Assembly (NCBI GenBank): GCA_030426345.1
Contig: JAUHYU010000013.1
Location: forward strand, 1,286 to 65,285
Direction: 5' to 3'
Source: Bacteroidia bacterium
GTDB taxonomy: Bacteria > Bacteroidota > Bacteroidia > Cytophagales > Cyclobacteriaceae
DNA length: 64,000 bases
Shown: piece by piece, positions 9,807 to 18,973 of the stretch
How positions within the stretch are numbered: the stretch's first letter is position 1
Layout of the letters: each line of letters starts with the position of its first letter
Notes under the pieces: generated by a model
Seen by the model: only the letters and a program-made list of their open reading frames with translations
The model's database searches: none
Told to the model about the DNA's origin: nothing
Translations under genes and position numbers: made by a program

Positions 9807-11096
9807 TTACGAAAGCAAAACCCCAGCCAACGTTCCGGTGAGCATTGTGGCCAATGACGCCCCGAGCAAAGCCCGAAGCCCTAGTTTTGAAATGTCCCCC
9901 TGTCTATTTGGAGCCATCCCTCCTATTCCACCTATCTGTATCGCTATGGAACTGAAATTGGAGAATCCGCACAGTGAAAATGTGGCAATGATCATGGATT
10001 TTTCATTCAATAAACCTGCGGCATTCATCTTGGCAAGGTCAAGGTAAGCCACGAATTCATTGATCACAGTTTTTTGACCAAGCAAACTTCCGACTTGCAA
10101 TGTCTCACTCCAATCCACGCCCATTGCGTAAGCAAAAATCCTAAATATGTTTCCCAATACATACTGCAACGAAAATCCATCAAATGTGCCATTGGTGGAC
10201 GTGGCAATCAAATCATTCAATCCTGTAAATTCACCAATTACATCTTTCAAAACATAATTGATCGCTGCAATCACAGCTATAAAGGCCAACAGCATCGCCC
10301 CGACATTCAAAGCCAGTCTAAGTCCATCAGAAGCGCCTCGAGCCAAAGCATCAATCAGATTCACCCCCACTTTTTCATTGTTGATTTTCAACTTATGATC
10401 CAGCTTTTCGTAATTATTTTCAGGAATGAGCAACTTAGCCATTATGATCGCAGCAGGAGCATTCATCACCGATGCGCTCAAAAGAAAAGTGGCGTACTTT
10501 GTTTGTTGTTCGGGATCACCACCCCCTAAAAAAGCTACGTATCCTGCCAAAACTCCTCCTGCTATTGTAGCCATTCCGCCTGTCATCAGGCACATGATTT
10601 CCGATTTGGTCATATCGGGAATAAAGGGGCGCACCAAAAGAGGAGCTTCCGTCTGTCCGAGAAATATATTTGCTGCAGCTGATAAACTTTCCGCCCCTGA
10701 CAATTTCATGGTTTTTGACATGATCCAAGCAAATCCATATACAATTTTTTGTAGTATGCCCAGATAGTACAAGCCTGCCGAAAGCGTGGAAAAAAAGATG
10801 ATCGTGGGAAGCACGTTCAAAGCAAAGATAAATCCATGCTTTTCACCATCGATTAAATTTCCAAATAGAAATGAAGAACCTTCATTCGTAAAATCTATGA
10901 TTTTTACAAAAAATTTACTGGCAAAAACAAATCCGGCATTCACTACATCGACTTGCGTGATGAGCATGCCAAGCGTGACCTGCAGCAGCAAGCCACCGAT
11001 TACGAGTTTCCAGTAGATGGATTTTTTGTCTTCCGAGAATACCCAAGCAATGCCAATAATAAAAATAATACCTAAGCATGCCTTGAGAATTTGCAT
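9807..11096 (-). CDS. NupC/NupG-family concentrative nucleoside transporter
   Basis: 429-aa polytopic protein with CNT-like GAESLSAAANIFLGQTEAPLL and TGGMATIAGGVLAGY. Confidence 0.85.
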   Translation of the reverse strand: MQILKACLGIIFIIGIAWVFSEDKKSIYWKLVIGGLLLQVTLGMLITQVDVVNAGFVFASKFFVKIIDFTNEGSSFLFGNLIDGEKHGFIFALNVLPTIIFFSTLSAGLYYLGILQKIVYGFAWIMSKTMKLSGAESLSAAANIFLGQTEAPLLVRPFIPDMTKSEIMCLMTGGMATIAGGVLAGYVAFLGGGDPEQQTKYATFLLSASVMNAPAAIIMAKLLIPENNYEKLDHKLKINNEKVGVNLIDALARGASDGLRLALNVGAMLLAFIAVIAAINYVLKDVIGEFTGLNDLIATSTNGTFDGFSLQYVLGNIFRIFAYAMGVDWSETLQVGSLLGQKTVINEFVAYLDLAKMNAAGLLNEKSMIIATFSLCGFSNFSSIAIQIGGIGGMAPNRQGDISKLGLRALLGASLATMLTGTLAGVLLS

Positions 11097-11108
11097 CAGC
11101 AGTAGGCG

Positions 11109-11705
11109 CTAATTTCGCTTATTGATCTCATCACGGATTTTTGCTGCTTTTTCATAGTCTTCCTCGGCTATGGCTTTATCAAGCATTTCGTTCAGCTTAT
11201 CCATCTTGGCATCTTTTAGTTTTTCTTTTTCAGGAGCGGGCTCTTCTTTTTTAGGCTGAATTTGTTCCGTGATGTCAGACTCATCCTCGTCTTCGTTAGA
11301 AAGCTCGATGCCGGCTTCCGACAAGATGGTTTCAAAAGTATAAATAGGGGCGTTAAATCTCAGTCCGATGGCGATGGCATCAGAAGGTCTCGAATCGATT
11401 TCTATGGTTTTTTCACCGTTTTCACATACAATTTTTGCAAAAAACACTCCCTCCTTAAGGTCAGAAATAACAATCTCCTTGATTATATAGTCAAAGCTCT
11501 CTGCAAATGTCTTGAACAAATCATGGGTCATCGGCCTATTTGGAATGATCTTTTCAATTTCGATGGCAATAGCCTGGGCTTCAAACATTCCAATGATGAT
11601 TGGTAATCTTCGTTTACCCAGTTTTTCGCCCAAAACCAATGCAAATGATCCACTTTGTGATTGACTTGATGAAAGTCCCAATATTTCCAATTTAATTCTA
11701 TCCAC
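11109..11705 (-). CDS. bifunctional nuclease (DUF151) with C-terminal UVR motif
   Basis: RRLPIIIGMFEAQAIA, RPMTHDL and DSRPSDAIAIGLR, plus the UVR-like AIAEEDYEKAAKIRDEI. Confidence 0.8.
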   Translation of the reverse strand: MDRIKLEILGLSSSQSQSGSFALVLGEKLGKRRLPIIIGMFEAQAIAIEIEKIIPNRPMTHDLFKTFAESFDYIIKEIVISDLKEGVFFAKIVCENGEKTIEIDSRPSDAIAIGLRFNAPIYTFETILSEAGIELSNEDEDESDITEQIQPKKEEPAPEKEKLKDAKMDKLNEMLDKAIAEEDYEKAAKIRDEINKRN

Positions 11706-11712
11706 TAAAAAT

Positions 11713-12678
11713 CTACTTTAATGATTTTACTTTTTCAGTTAACCTTGGTACTACGTCAAAAGCATCTCCTACAATGCCATAATCAGCAGCCTTAAAAAAC
11801 GGCGCATCTGGATCTATGTTTATAGCTACCAATACTTTAGAGGAATTGACTCCGGCCAGATGTTGAATCGCTCCTGAAATTCCGATGGCGATATACAAAT
11901 TCGGGCTGACCTTCACTCCTGTTTGTCCTACGTGCTCATGATGCGGGCGCCAACCTTGATCCGACACGGGCTTGGAGCAACCGGTAGCTGCGCCCAGAGC
12001 TTTTGCCAAATCTTCGATCATGTCCCAATTTTCAGGCCCTTTTAGACCTCTTCCTCCAGATACAACAATCTCTGCATCATCCAATAGCACATCGCCTTCA
12101 GCCTTTTCACTTCCAGTTATTTTTTCATGGAAATTTAATGCATTTGGAAGTGGGATTTGCTCGATCACTGCTTTGTCATCTGTTTGATTTACTTCAACAG
12201 AGTTTCTTTTCACCAACAATATTTTCAGCCCTTCCGGCATAGAAACAGTAGCAAATGCTTTTCCCGTAAATATACTTTTTCGCACTTCAAACTCTGAGGA
12301 AACATTTGGCAAAGCAACAACATTTGAAACTATAGATGCCCCGGTTTTCCCGGCTATTCGCCCTCCAATGTTATCACCAAAAGAGGATTTACTCATAATT
12401 ACCAAATTCGCAGATGTAGTTTGAACCAATTCTGCAAATATTTCAGAATACACCCCGATTTGGCTCTTATCTAGTTTTTCATCGTTTACATGAATGACTT
12501 TTGTCGCACCATAGTTTCCCAAATTTTCTAAAACAGCGGTATCATAACTTCCCAAAGCAACTGCTATTACTTCCTCATCTCCAATGATTTTTCCTGTCTC
12601 AGAGGCATAATATACTGCCTCAATAGATGTTTTCTTTATAATTCCTTCGTCGCCTTCTATACAAACTAATATGGACAT
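11713..12678 (-). CDS. etfA: electron transfer flavoprotein subunit alpha
   Basis: 321 aa with SGGRGL and the FAD-binding PNLYIAIGISGAIQHLAG. It sits directly downstream of etfB. Confidence 0.92.
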   Translation of the reverse strand: MSILVCIEGDEGIIKKTSIEAVYYASETGKIIGDEEVIAVALGSYDTAVLENLGNYGATKVIHVNDEKLDKSQIGVYSEIFAELVQTTSANLVIMSKSSFGDNIGGRIAGKTGASIVSNVVALPNVSSEFEVRKSIFTGKAFATVSMPEGLKILLVKRNSVEVNQTDDKAVIEQIPLPNALNFHEKITGSEKAEGDVLLDDAEIVVSGGRGLKGPENWDMIEDLAKALGAATGCSKPVSDQGWRPHHEHVGQTGVKVSPNLYIAIGISGAIQHLAGVNSSKVLVAINIDPDAPFFKAADYGIVGDAFDVVPRLTEKVKSLK

Positions 12679-12701
12679 GATCGCTCTTTGTTTTTTGGTT
12701 G

Positions 12702-13439
12702 TTACAATACTTTGGCTTCGTTTTTCAACAGATCAATTAACTCCTCCGCATTTTCAGCAGGAATTAATTTCACCGACCCTTTTGCTGGTAACTTTTCATA
12801 ACTTAATGTACTCGTGATTTTGTCACAAGCCACAGGCTCAATTACTTTCAGTGGCTTGGTTCTGGCAGACATTATCCCTCTCATATTAGCAATTTTCCAC
12901 TCCGCTATTGGCTCTTGGCATCCTGCAATCACTGGAAGCTGTACTTCAATAAATTCCTGTCCTCCTTCGATCTCTCTGGTCATTTTAGCCGTCTCCCCTT
13001 CAATTTCCAACTTCATCACTGGAGAAACAGAAGGTATATCAAGTAAGCTACCTACGATTCCATGAACCACTCCACTATTAAAATCTATAGATTCACGCCC
13101 CATCAATATCAGATCGTATTGATCCTCTTTGGCAATCGCAGCAATTTGCTGAGCTACAAATACTGAATCCGTTGGATTTGCATTTACCCGGATAGCATCA
13201 TCAGCACCGATGGCCAGAGCCTTGCGCATAGTCGGTTCCACATTGACTTCCCCAACACACAGTACTGTAATATTTCCGGAATTCGATTCTTTTAATTCAA
13301 CTGCCTTTGCCAACGCATAATCATCGTAAGGACCAATAATAAATTGAATTCCTGATACGTCAAACTTTGTATTATTGTCAGTAAATGCAATCTTTGATGT
13401 GGTATCGGGCACATGCGTGATACAAACTAATATCTTCAT
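12702..13439 (-). CDS. etfB: electron transfer flavoprotein subunit beta
   Basis: 245 aa with MKILVCITHVPDT... and DLILMGRESID, typical of ETF-beta/FixA. Paired with etfA. Confidence 0.92.
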   Translation of the reverse strand: MKILVCITHVPDTTSKIAFTDNNTKFDVSGIQFIIGPYDDYALAKAVELKESNSGNITVLCVGEVNVEPTMRKALAIGADDAIRVNANPTDSVFVAQQIAAIAKEDQYDLILMGRESIDFNSGVVHGIVGSLLDIPSVSPVMKLEIEGETAKMTREIEGGQEFIEVQLPVIAGCQEPIAEWKIANMRGIMSARTKPLKVIEPVACDKITSTLSYEKLPAKGSVKLIPAENAEELIDLLKNEAKVL

Positions 13440-13526
13440 TTTTCAACAGATTATTGTAACTATTTGCTGTGTGTTAAGTGGGCCAAGTTAGTATTAAAAT
13501 CAAAAAATAAAAACCAATACCGCGAA

Positions 13527-13847
13527 ATGAACTCCGACCGTCTCGAACAACTTTTAGAATTTTATAAAGAAGACCCAAACGATCCATTCAACATCTATGC
13601 ACTAGCCACTGAATACAAATCATCTGCTCCTGAAAAAGCCCTGGAATTCTACGAATTGTTAATTGCAAACCATCCTGACTATGTAGCTACGTACTACCAC
13701 CTTGGGCACTTATACGAAGAAATAGGTGAAGATGACAAGGCCAAAACTACCTACGAAAAAGGAATTGAAGTGGCAAGCACACAAAAAAATAGCTTGGCAT
13801 TACGTGAACTTAAAAGCTCCTATGATGAATTTATGATGGATTTTTAA
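13527..13847 (+). CDS. tetratricopeptide-repeat protein (small)
   Basis: The ORF-track start at 13464 is a TTG. The first ATG, at 13527, gives MNSDRLEQLLEFYKEDPNDPFN. TPR-like helices follow (ALEFYELLIANHPDYVATYYHLGHLYEEIGEDDKA). Confidence 0.6.
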   Translation: MNSDRLEQLLEFYKEDPNDPFNIYALATEYKSSAPEKALEFYELLIANHPDYVATYYHLGHLYEEIGEDDKAKTTYEKGIEVASTQKNSLALRELKSSYDEFMMDF

Positions 13848-13908
13848 TGATTTCGGTTTAGCTCCCATCCCCTTGCCTCCGTTTTTTTTATAAAAAACCT
13901 CCATTTTA

Positions 13909-13948
13909 CATGTTAAATAAATAGTTTAATATTGAGTTATTTAACATG
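13909..13948. promoter_or_regulatory. 12-bp perfect inverted repeat, candidate operator
   Basis: CATGTTAAATAA-N16-TTATTTAACATG, about 140 nt upstream of the FadL-like gene. Confidence 0.35.
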
Positions 13949-14086
13949 ATAAGTTAGGTAATGCTGAGATTAATTCATTAAATTAGTAACAAACCAGTGC
14001 CATTAGTGTTACTCTTAAACTATGGATTAATTCCTAAAAACAGCAAATACTAATGCAAAAGTACGATGATCTAAAGCAGAACATAA

Positions 14087-15388
14087 ATGAAAAAACTACT
14101 TACGACTAGCTTGTTGATTGTATTTTTGATACCGTTATCTTTTGGGTCTGGATATCAGGTTTTGTTGCAGGGAAACAGGACTATTGGCATGGGCAATTTA
14201 GGAGTGATGATGCATGCAGATGCTTCTAGTTTGTTTTTCAATCCGGGAGCGATGGGATTTATGGATCATAACAGTGTGATGATAGGGTTCAATCCTATTT
14301 TTGCAGGAAACACCTATTGGGATTCTCAAACGGAAAATAGCCATTACGAGGCCAATACCGACAATCCAACAGGCACCCCTTTTTATGCATATGGAGTTTG
14401 GGGTCTGAAAGAAAGCAATTTTAAATTCGGGATTGGGGTAGTTACCCCCTTTGGTTCTGGAGTGAACTGGGGCAACTCATGGGCTGGACGCGATTTATTG
14501 AGTGAATTAACCCTAAGGGTCATCCAGATTCAACCGACGGTGGCTTATAAAATCAACGATAAGCTTTCCGTTGGTGGTGGTGTGAATGTGAGTCTGGGAA
14601 GTGTAAAGTTGATAAGGACAATTCTACTTGAGCAAAGAAATGAGGGTAGTAATTATAGTGAAAGCTCAGTGACATTGGATGGAAACGCAACAAGTTCATT
14701 TGGCTATAATATCGGTTTGCTTTATGCCCCTTGTCAAAAAATAGATATCGGAATAAGTTATCGATCAAAAGTAGACATGAAAATTGAAAATGGCAGTACA
14801 GAATTTGATGTCCCTTCTTCACTTGCTCCATTTTTCCCTGAAGGAAATACTTTTGACGCCAGTTTACCCTTACCTTCTGTTTTCAGTACCGGGCTTAACT
14901 ACCACTTCAATGACCAGTTGGATGTTGGGGTTCAGTTTGATTGGGTTGGCTGGAGTGCATATAAGTCACTGGATTTTGATTTTAGGGAAAATACACCTCG
15001 ATTGGAAGACACCAGCTCACCAAGAAACTACGAAGATTCGTGGGTTTTGCATTTTGGTGGGGAATATAAATTAGAAAGTAATATTCAGCTAAGGGCAGGA
15101 ATATATTTTGACACCACTCCAGTACAAGATGGCTATATGACAGCCGAAACCCCTGATAACAATCGAATAGGAATGACCACAGGAATTGGATACAGCCCGA
15201 ATGATCATCTACAGATTGATGTTTCCTTTTTGTACATAAAAGCTGCAAAACGAGAGCAAACCATAGCACAAACGATTGCCGCAGGAACATATAATCCTGA
15301 CCCAAAAGATGGATCTAGGGATGTATTACCTGGAAGTTATAAATTGAATGCCTTTATACCTGGTTTTTCCGTAGCGTATAAATTTTGA
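14087..15388 (+). CDS. outer-membrane transport protein, OMPP1/FadL/TodX family
   Basis: 433 aa with a signal peptide, alternating beta-strand pattern, a GSGYQ start to the mature protein and a terminal aromatic residue (VAYKF). Confidence 0.75.
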   Translation: MKKLLTTSLLIVFLIPLSFGSGYQVLLQGNRTIGMGNLGVMMHADASSLFFNPGAMGFMDHNSVMIGFNPIFAGNTYWDSQTENSHYEANTDNPTGTPFYAYGVWGLKESNFKFGIGVVTPFGSGVNWGNSWAGRDLLSELTLRVIQIQPTVAYKINDKLSVGGGVNVSLGSVKLIRTILLEQRNEGSNYSESSVTLDGNATSSFGYNIGLLYAPCQKIDIGISYRSKVDMKIENGSTEFDVPSSLAPFFPEGNTFDASLPLPSVFSTGLNYHFNDQLDVGVQFDWVGWSAYKSLDFDFRENTPRLEDTSSPRNYEDSWVLHFGGEYKLESNIQLRAGIYFDTTPVQDGYMTAETPDNNRIGMTTGIGYSPNDHLQIDVSFLYIKAAKREQTIAQTIAAGTYNPDPKDGSRDVLPGSYKLNAFIPGFSVAYKF

Positions 15389-15402
15389 TTTTAAAAAACA
15401 GA

Positions 15403-17037
15403 ATGATGAAATTTTGGATAAAAAACATCATATATCTATTATCTACTTTGGTTGTGCTAAGTGGGTGCAACCCGGAAATAGAAGTTCCAGTACCTAGCAA
15501 AGGAAGCGTAGATTTTAGCAACTACGTAGCGGTCGGCAACTCGCTTACAGCCGGCTATTCTGATAATGGCCTATATGCCGATGGGCAGTCTCAATCCTTC
15601 CCAAGTCTGATTGCGGGCCAAATGCATGAAATTTCCATGATTGAATTTCGACAGCCGGATATTCCCGGCAATGGATCTGGCTATGTTTATGTCTCCTCGC
15701 TTGATCTAACTACCAACCCTCCTGCTGTTTCATTTGGACAATTTACCGAAGATCCAAATTGGTTGAATCAAATAGATGGTCCTTTTAACAACATGGGAGT
15801 TCCGGGCATCCGGGTTAAGGATATTACAGTTAATGGATATGGAGCCATTCCCCAACTCAATCCATATTTTTATAGAATGTTGGGTGGGAAATCGGCTACT
15901 ACTTCATATTTGGAAATGGTTCAAGAAAATCCTCCAACTTTTTTCACCAGTTGGCTGGGTAATAATGATGTGTTGGGATATGCCAGTTCTGGAGGTGTTG
16001 CCGGAATAACAGGAGCACCGATTACAGGCCTAGGTGGATTAACAAACCCAACAACGGAATTCAAACCTTCATATGATGCATTGATTGCAGCCCTTACCTC
16101 AAGCGGGGCAAAAGGAGTAGTAGTGACTATCCCTGATATCACATTGACACCTTTCTTTACTAGAATTCCTTGGAACGGTCTTGTATTGGATGCCCCCACC
16201 GCAGCATTGGCCAACCAATTCTATCAAATATCCATTGATACTACTGTGCAAAAAGGTGTTGAACAGCAAGTGATTTTTGGTGCAGCCACCCAACAGGTTT
16301 ATGAATCTGCTTATCAACAAGCAATAGATAGTGGGGCTTCAGATGGGGAAGCCACGGCCATCGCAGAAAATTTTGTTGCTAGCGAAGATGGCCAGTCAGC
16401 AATCGCTGAGGCAAATGATATTATTTCACTTTCATATTACGGACTTACGGAAGATCAACGCCCCAACCATCCGTTATATCCTGCCATACAGCAAAACAAA
16501 ACAGCCATCATGGCACAACTGGATGCAGCGGGGTTGATTCCAGAATTCAATGAAGGGCCTAATCCATTTGTAATTGAAGTACCTATAACACAGGAAAACC
16601 CATTGGGTCTACGTCAGATGGCGGCAGGTGAACTCGTATTATTATCAGCACAGTTAGGTGGACAGCTAACTGGACAAGCAGCACTTTCTCCAAAACCAGA
16701 TCAATATATTTTAACCACAGAAGAAGTCAAAAACATCAATGATTACACTGCTGATTTTAATGATATTATTCGAGATTTTGCTTCCTCTAATCCTGATATA
16801 GCATTACTAGAATCCAATGAGGCACTCGAAGATGTTCGCGATGGTCTATGGCAAGATGGTGTAAACGTGACCGCGGATTATTTGACAGGTGGTGCCTTTT
16901 CTTTGGATGGGGTACACCTGACACCTAGAGGTTACGCCATTATAGCCAACAGAATCATTGAAGTTATTAATGATAATTTTGATGCTACAATTTCACCGGT
17001 AAATATTAATAATTACAGGGCAGTGGTCTTACCATAA
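15403..17037 (+). CDS. SGNH/GDSL-type hydrolase lipoprotein
   Basis: The ATG at 15403 gives MMKFWIKNIIYLLSTLVVLSGC, a lipobox; the ORF-track start at 15385 is a TTG. Block I is VAVGNSLTAGY and block V is DGVHLTPRGY. Confidence 0.75.
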   Translation: MMKFWIKNIIYLLSTLVVLSGCNPEIEVPVPSKGSVDFSNYVAVGNSLTAGYSDNGLYADGQSQSFPSLIAGQMHEISMIEFRQPDIPGNGSGYVYVSSLDLTTNPPAVSFGQFTEDPNWLNQIDGPFNNMGVPGIRVKDITVNGYGAIPQLNPYFYRMLGGKSATTSYLEMVQENPPTFFTSWLGNNDVLGYASSGGVAGITGAPITGLGGLTNPTTEFKPSYDALIAALTSSGAKGVVVTIPDITLTPFFTRIPWNGLVLDAPTAALANQFYQISIDTTVQKGVEQQVIFGAATQQVYESAYQQAIDSGASDGEATAIAENFVASEDGQSAIAEANDIISLSYYGLTEDQRPNHPLYPAIQQNKTAIMAQLDAAGLIPEFNEGPNPFVIEVPITQENPLGLRQMAAGELVLLSAQLGGQLTGQAALSPKPDQYILTTEEVKNINDYTADFNDIIRDFASSNPDIALLESNEALEDVRDGLWQDGVNVTADYLTGGAFSLDGVHLTPRGYAIIANRIIEVINDNFDATISPVNINNYRAVVLP

Positions 17038-17103
17038 TGATATCATAGTATTTGATACTCACGTCTTTTTGTTTAGAATCTAAGTTAGACGTTTTCAAAA
17101 ACA

Positions 17104-17586
17104 TCACTTCTTCAGTTCATACCATTCTATATTGGTAAGCACTTCTCTTCGTCCTTTTTTCTTTGGTGGATAATTGGTTACGAGATAATTTACTATAACC
17201 TCTTCATTGTCACCCAAATCCCATAGATTTTGGGTTTTCTGCATCCATCGGATAGTAGATATCCAACGTTCTTTGCTCATTCTATTCTGAATCACCAATT
17301 TAGCTGAATGGCAAGTGGTACAATTATTTACAGTTGCCATTAACCCTGGGGCATCTATTAGGCCTGTCCTTACGTGAAGACCATTTTCAACTTTATTATA
17401 CTCATCCATATCCCCTGCTGCTTCCACTAATTCAGAATCTTGCCCGGAATTTTTAAAATAGGACAAATCAGGATCGTTATAAAGATAGATTCCACCTAGC
17501 AAAATAATAACTACTAAAGCAATAATAATTAAAACGAGGCGGTAGGCTCCGCTTGTTTGCTGTTCAAATTTATCTGGGTTCTTCAT
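17104..17586 (-). CDS. membrane-anchored monoheme c-type cytochrome (SorB-like partner)
   Basis: 160 aa with one TM helix and a single CxxCH (CTTCH). Its start abuts the stop of the upstream molybdoenzyme gene with no gap. Confidence 0.7.
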   Translation of the reverse strand: MKNPDKFEQQTSGAYRLVLIIIALVVIILLGGIYLYNDPDLSYFKNSGQDSELVEAAGDMDEYNKVENGLHVRTGLIDAPGLMATVNNCTTCHSAKLVIQNRMSKERWISTIRWMQKTQNLWDLGDNEEVIVNYLVTNYPPKKKGRREVLTNIEWYELKK

Positions 17587-18810
17587 CTACGATACTTTTA
17601 CAGCGATCCTATGACAGGCATTATTCAGATAACCTTTAGGGTTCCAACCCGGCAAAAGCATTGGCTGCGAAACTCCTTTGGAATCTGTTGCCCGAGCCCA
17701 TATTTCATAATATCCAATTGTTGGAAAACCCACTTCAGCAGAAAAATGTTGCCAAGCCAAGCGGTTTACAGGTTTTTCTACCGCGCATTCTTTCCAGGTA
17801 GACCCAAAATCAATAGAAAATTCCATCTTTGAAACTTCCAATTCTCCGGCCCAGGCATGTCCGCGAATCTTTAATTTTTGTCCCTTAGCTATGATTGCAC
17901 CTGATTTTGGATAGGTAATCAACGACTTCACCGGCATGGATTCTATAATGCACATTTCCGACTCAGGCACTTCTTCACCCGCCGCAACTGGATGACACGG
18001 CACACGATAGGCAGTACCGTTCATTTTTTCACCGTCATGAATTTTATTCCGGATACTGATTCGCTGGAGCCACTTTCCTGAAACGGACGCCGGCCAGCCT
18101 CCCGCAACCAATCGCAAAGGAAACCCGTGTGCCAAAGGAATATCATTTCCATTCATTTGGAAAGCGAGAATTGTTTCATCTTGCAAAGCTTTGGCCATAG
18201 GAGCACCACGGGAAATGGGCTCTTTATTTGGATCTCTACTCAAATGCATATCAGCTGCGTGATAACCTATATAAACCGCATCACTCTTTATACCGGCATC
18301 TTCTAAGACATCCCGGAGTCTTACGCCAGTCCAATTGGCACAATATACTGCGCCTATCGTCCATTGATTTCCTTTTGCAGGTGGGTCAAATTCACTTCTC
18401 CCGTTGCCGCCACATTCTAGTGTTAGTTGGTAGGTATGCTGCTTGAATTTGGATTTTAGCTCTGCAAGGGTATATTTTTTCTGCTGTTTTACAGATTCTC
18501 CATCTATGGTCAAAGTCCAGTTTTTTTCATCGACTTTTTCTGGGATCAGGCCATTATTTCTAATGAAAATGTATTCATTGGGAGTTACCTTATCATCTAA
18601 TAAGTGAGCCTGTGCTTCCATATTCCACGGCTTGTCGTTAAGCACTACCATTTCCGTGTCTTTGTGGAATAGCTTAAATGGATCGGAATCCTGCAACGCT
18701 AAGGGCTGATAGCCTTCCGGCATTGTTGCGCCAAATACTATATCGGCACCGATGATCCCAGCCATGGCAGATAAAGCTGCTTTTTTTACAAAAAATCTTC
18801 TTTTCATCAA
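17587..18810 (-). CDS. sulfite-oxidase-family molybdopterin oxidoreductase (SorA-like)
   Basis: Tat-like MMKRRFFVKKAAL, the Mo-ligand Cys context LECGGNGR, and HGFPLRLVAGGW...GKWLQRI. Confidence 0.8.
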   Translation of the reverse strand: MMKRRFFVKKAALSAMAGIIGADIVFGATMPEGYQPLALQDSDPFKLFHKDTEMVVLNDKPWNMEAQAHLLDDKVTPNEYIFIRNNGLIPEKVDEKNWTLTIDGESVKQQKKYTLAELKSKFKQHTYQLTLECGGNGRSEFDPPAKGNQWTIGAVYCANWTGVRLRDVLEDAGIKSDAVYIGYHAADMHLSRDPNKEPISRGAPMAKALQDETILAFQMNGNDIPLAHGFPLRLVAGGWPASVSGKWLQRISIRNKIHDGEKMNGTAYRVPCHPVAAGEEVPESEMCIIESMPVKSLITYPKSGAIIAKGQKLKIRGHAWAGELEVSKMEFSIDFGSTWKECAVEKPVNRLAWQHFSAEVGFPTIGYYEIWARATDSKGVSQPMLLPGWNPKGYLNNACHRIAVKVS

Positions 18811-18973
18811 ATTTTCAGGTGTATCTTAAAAATTTAAATTTATAATTTTTTTATGAAATACTGGGAATTTATAACCAAAAACGGATTAAGCGCTTGAAAA
18901 AGTATTCCTATTGCAGCAAATACATTTGGGGTATATTCTTTTTTGTTGAACCAAAAATAAATATCAACTTTAC

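Noticed and set aside
18921-18928. TACATTTG, matching the Bacteroidota -7 promoter box TAnnTTTG, upstream of the acylase gene. TACCTTTG at 8689-8696 upstream of ctaA was considered in the same way.
   Set aside because: An 8-mer with two free positions is frequent in AT-rich DNA, and no properly spaced -33 TTG accompanies either box. They are too weak to list as features.
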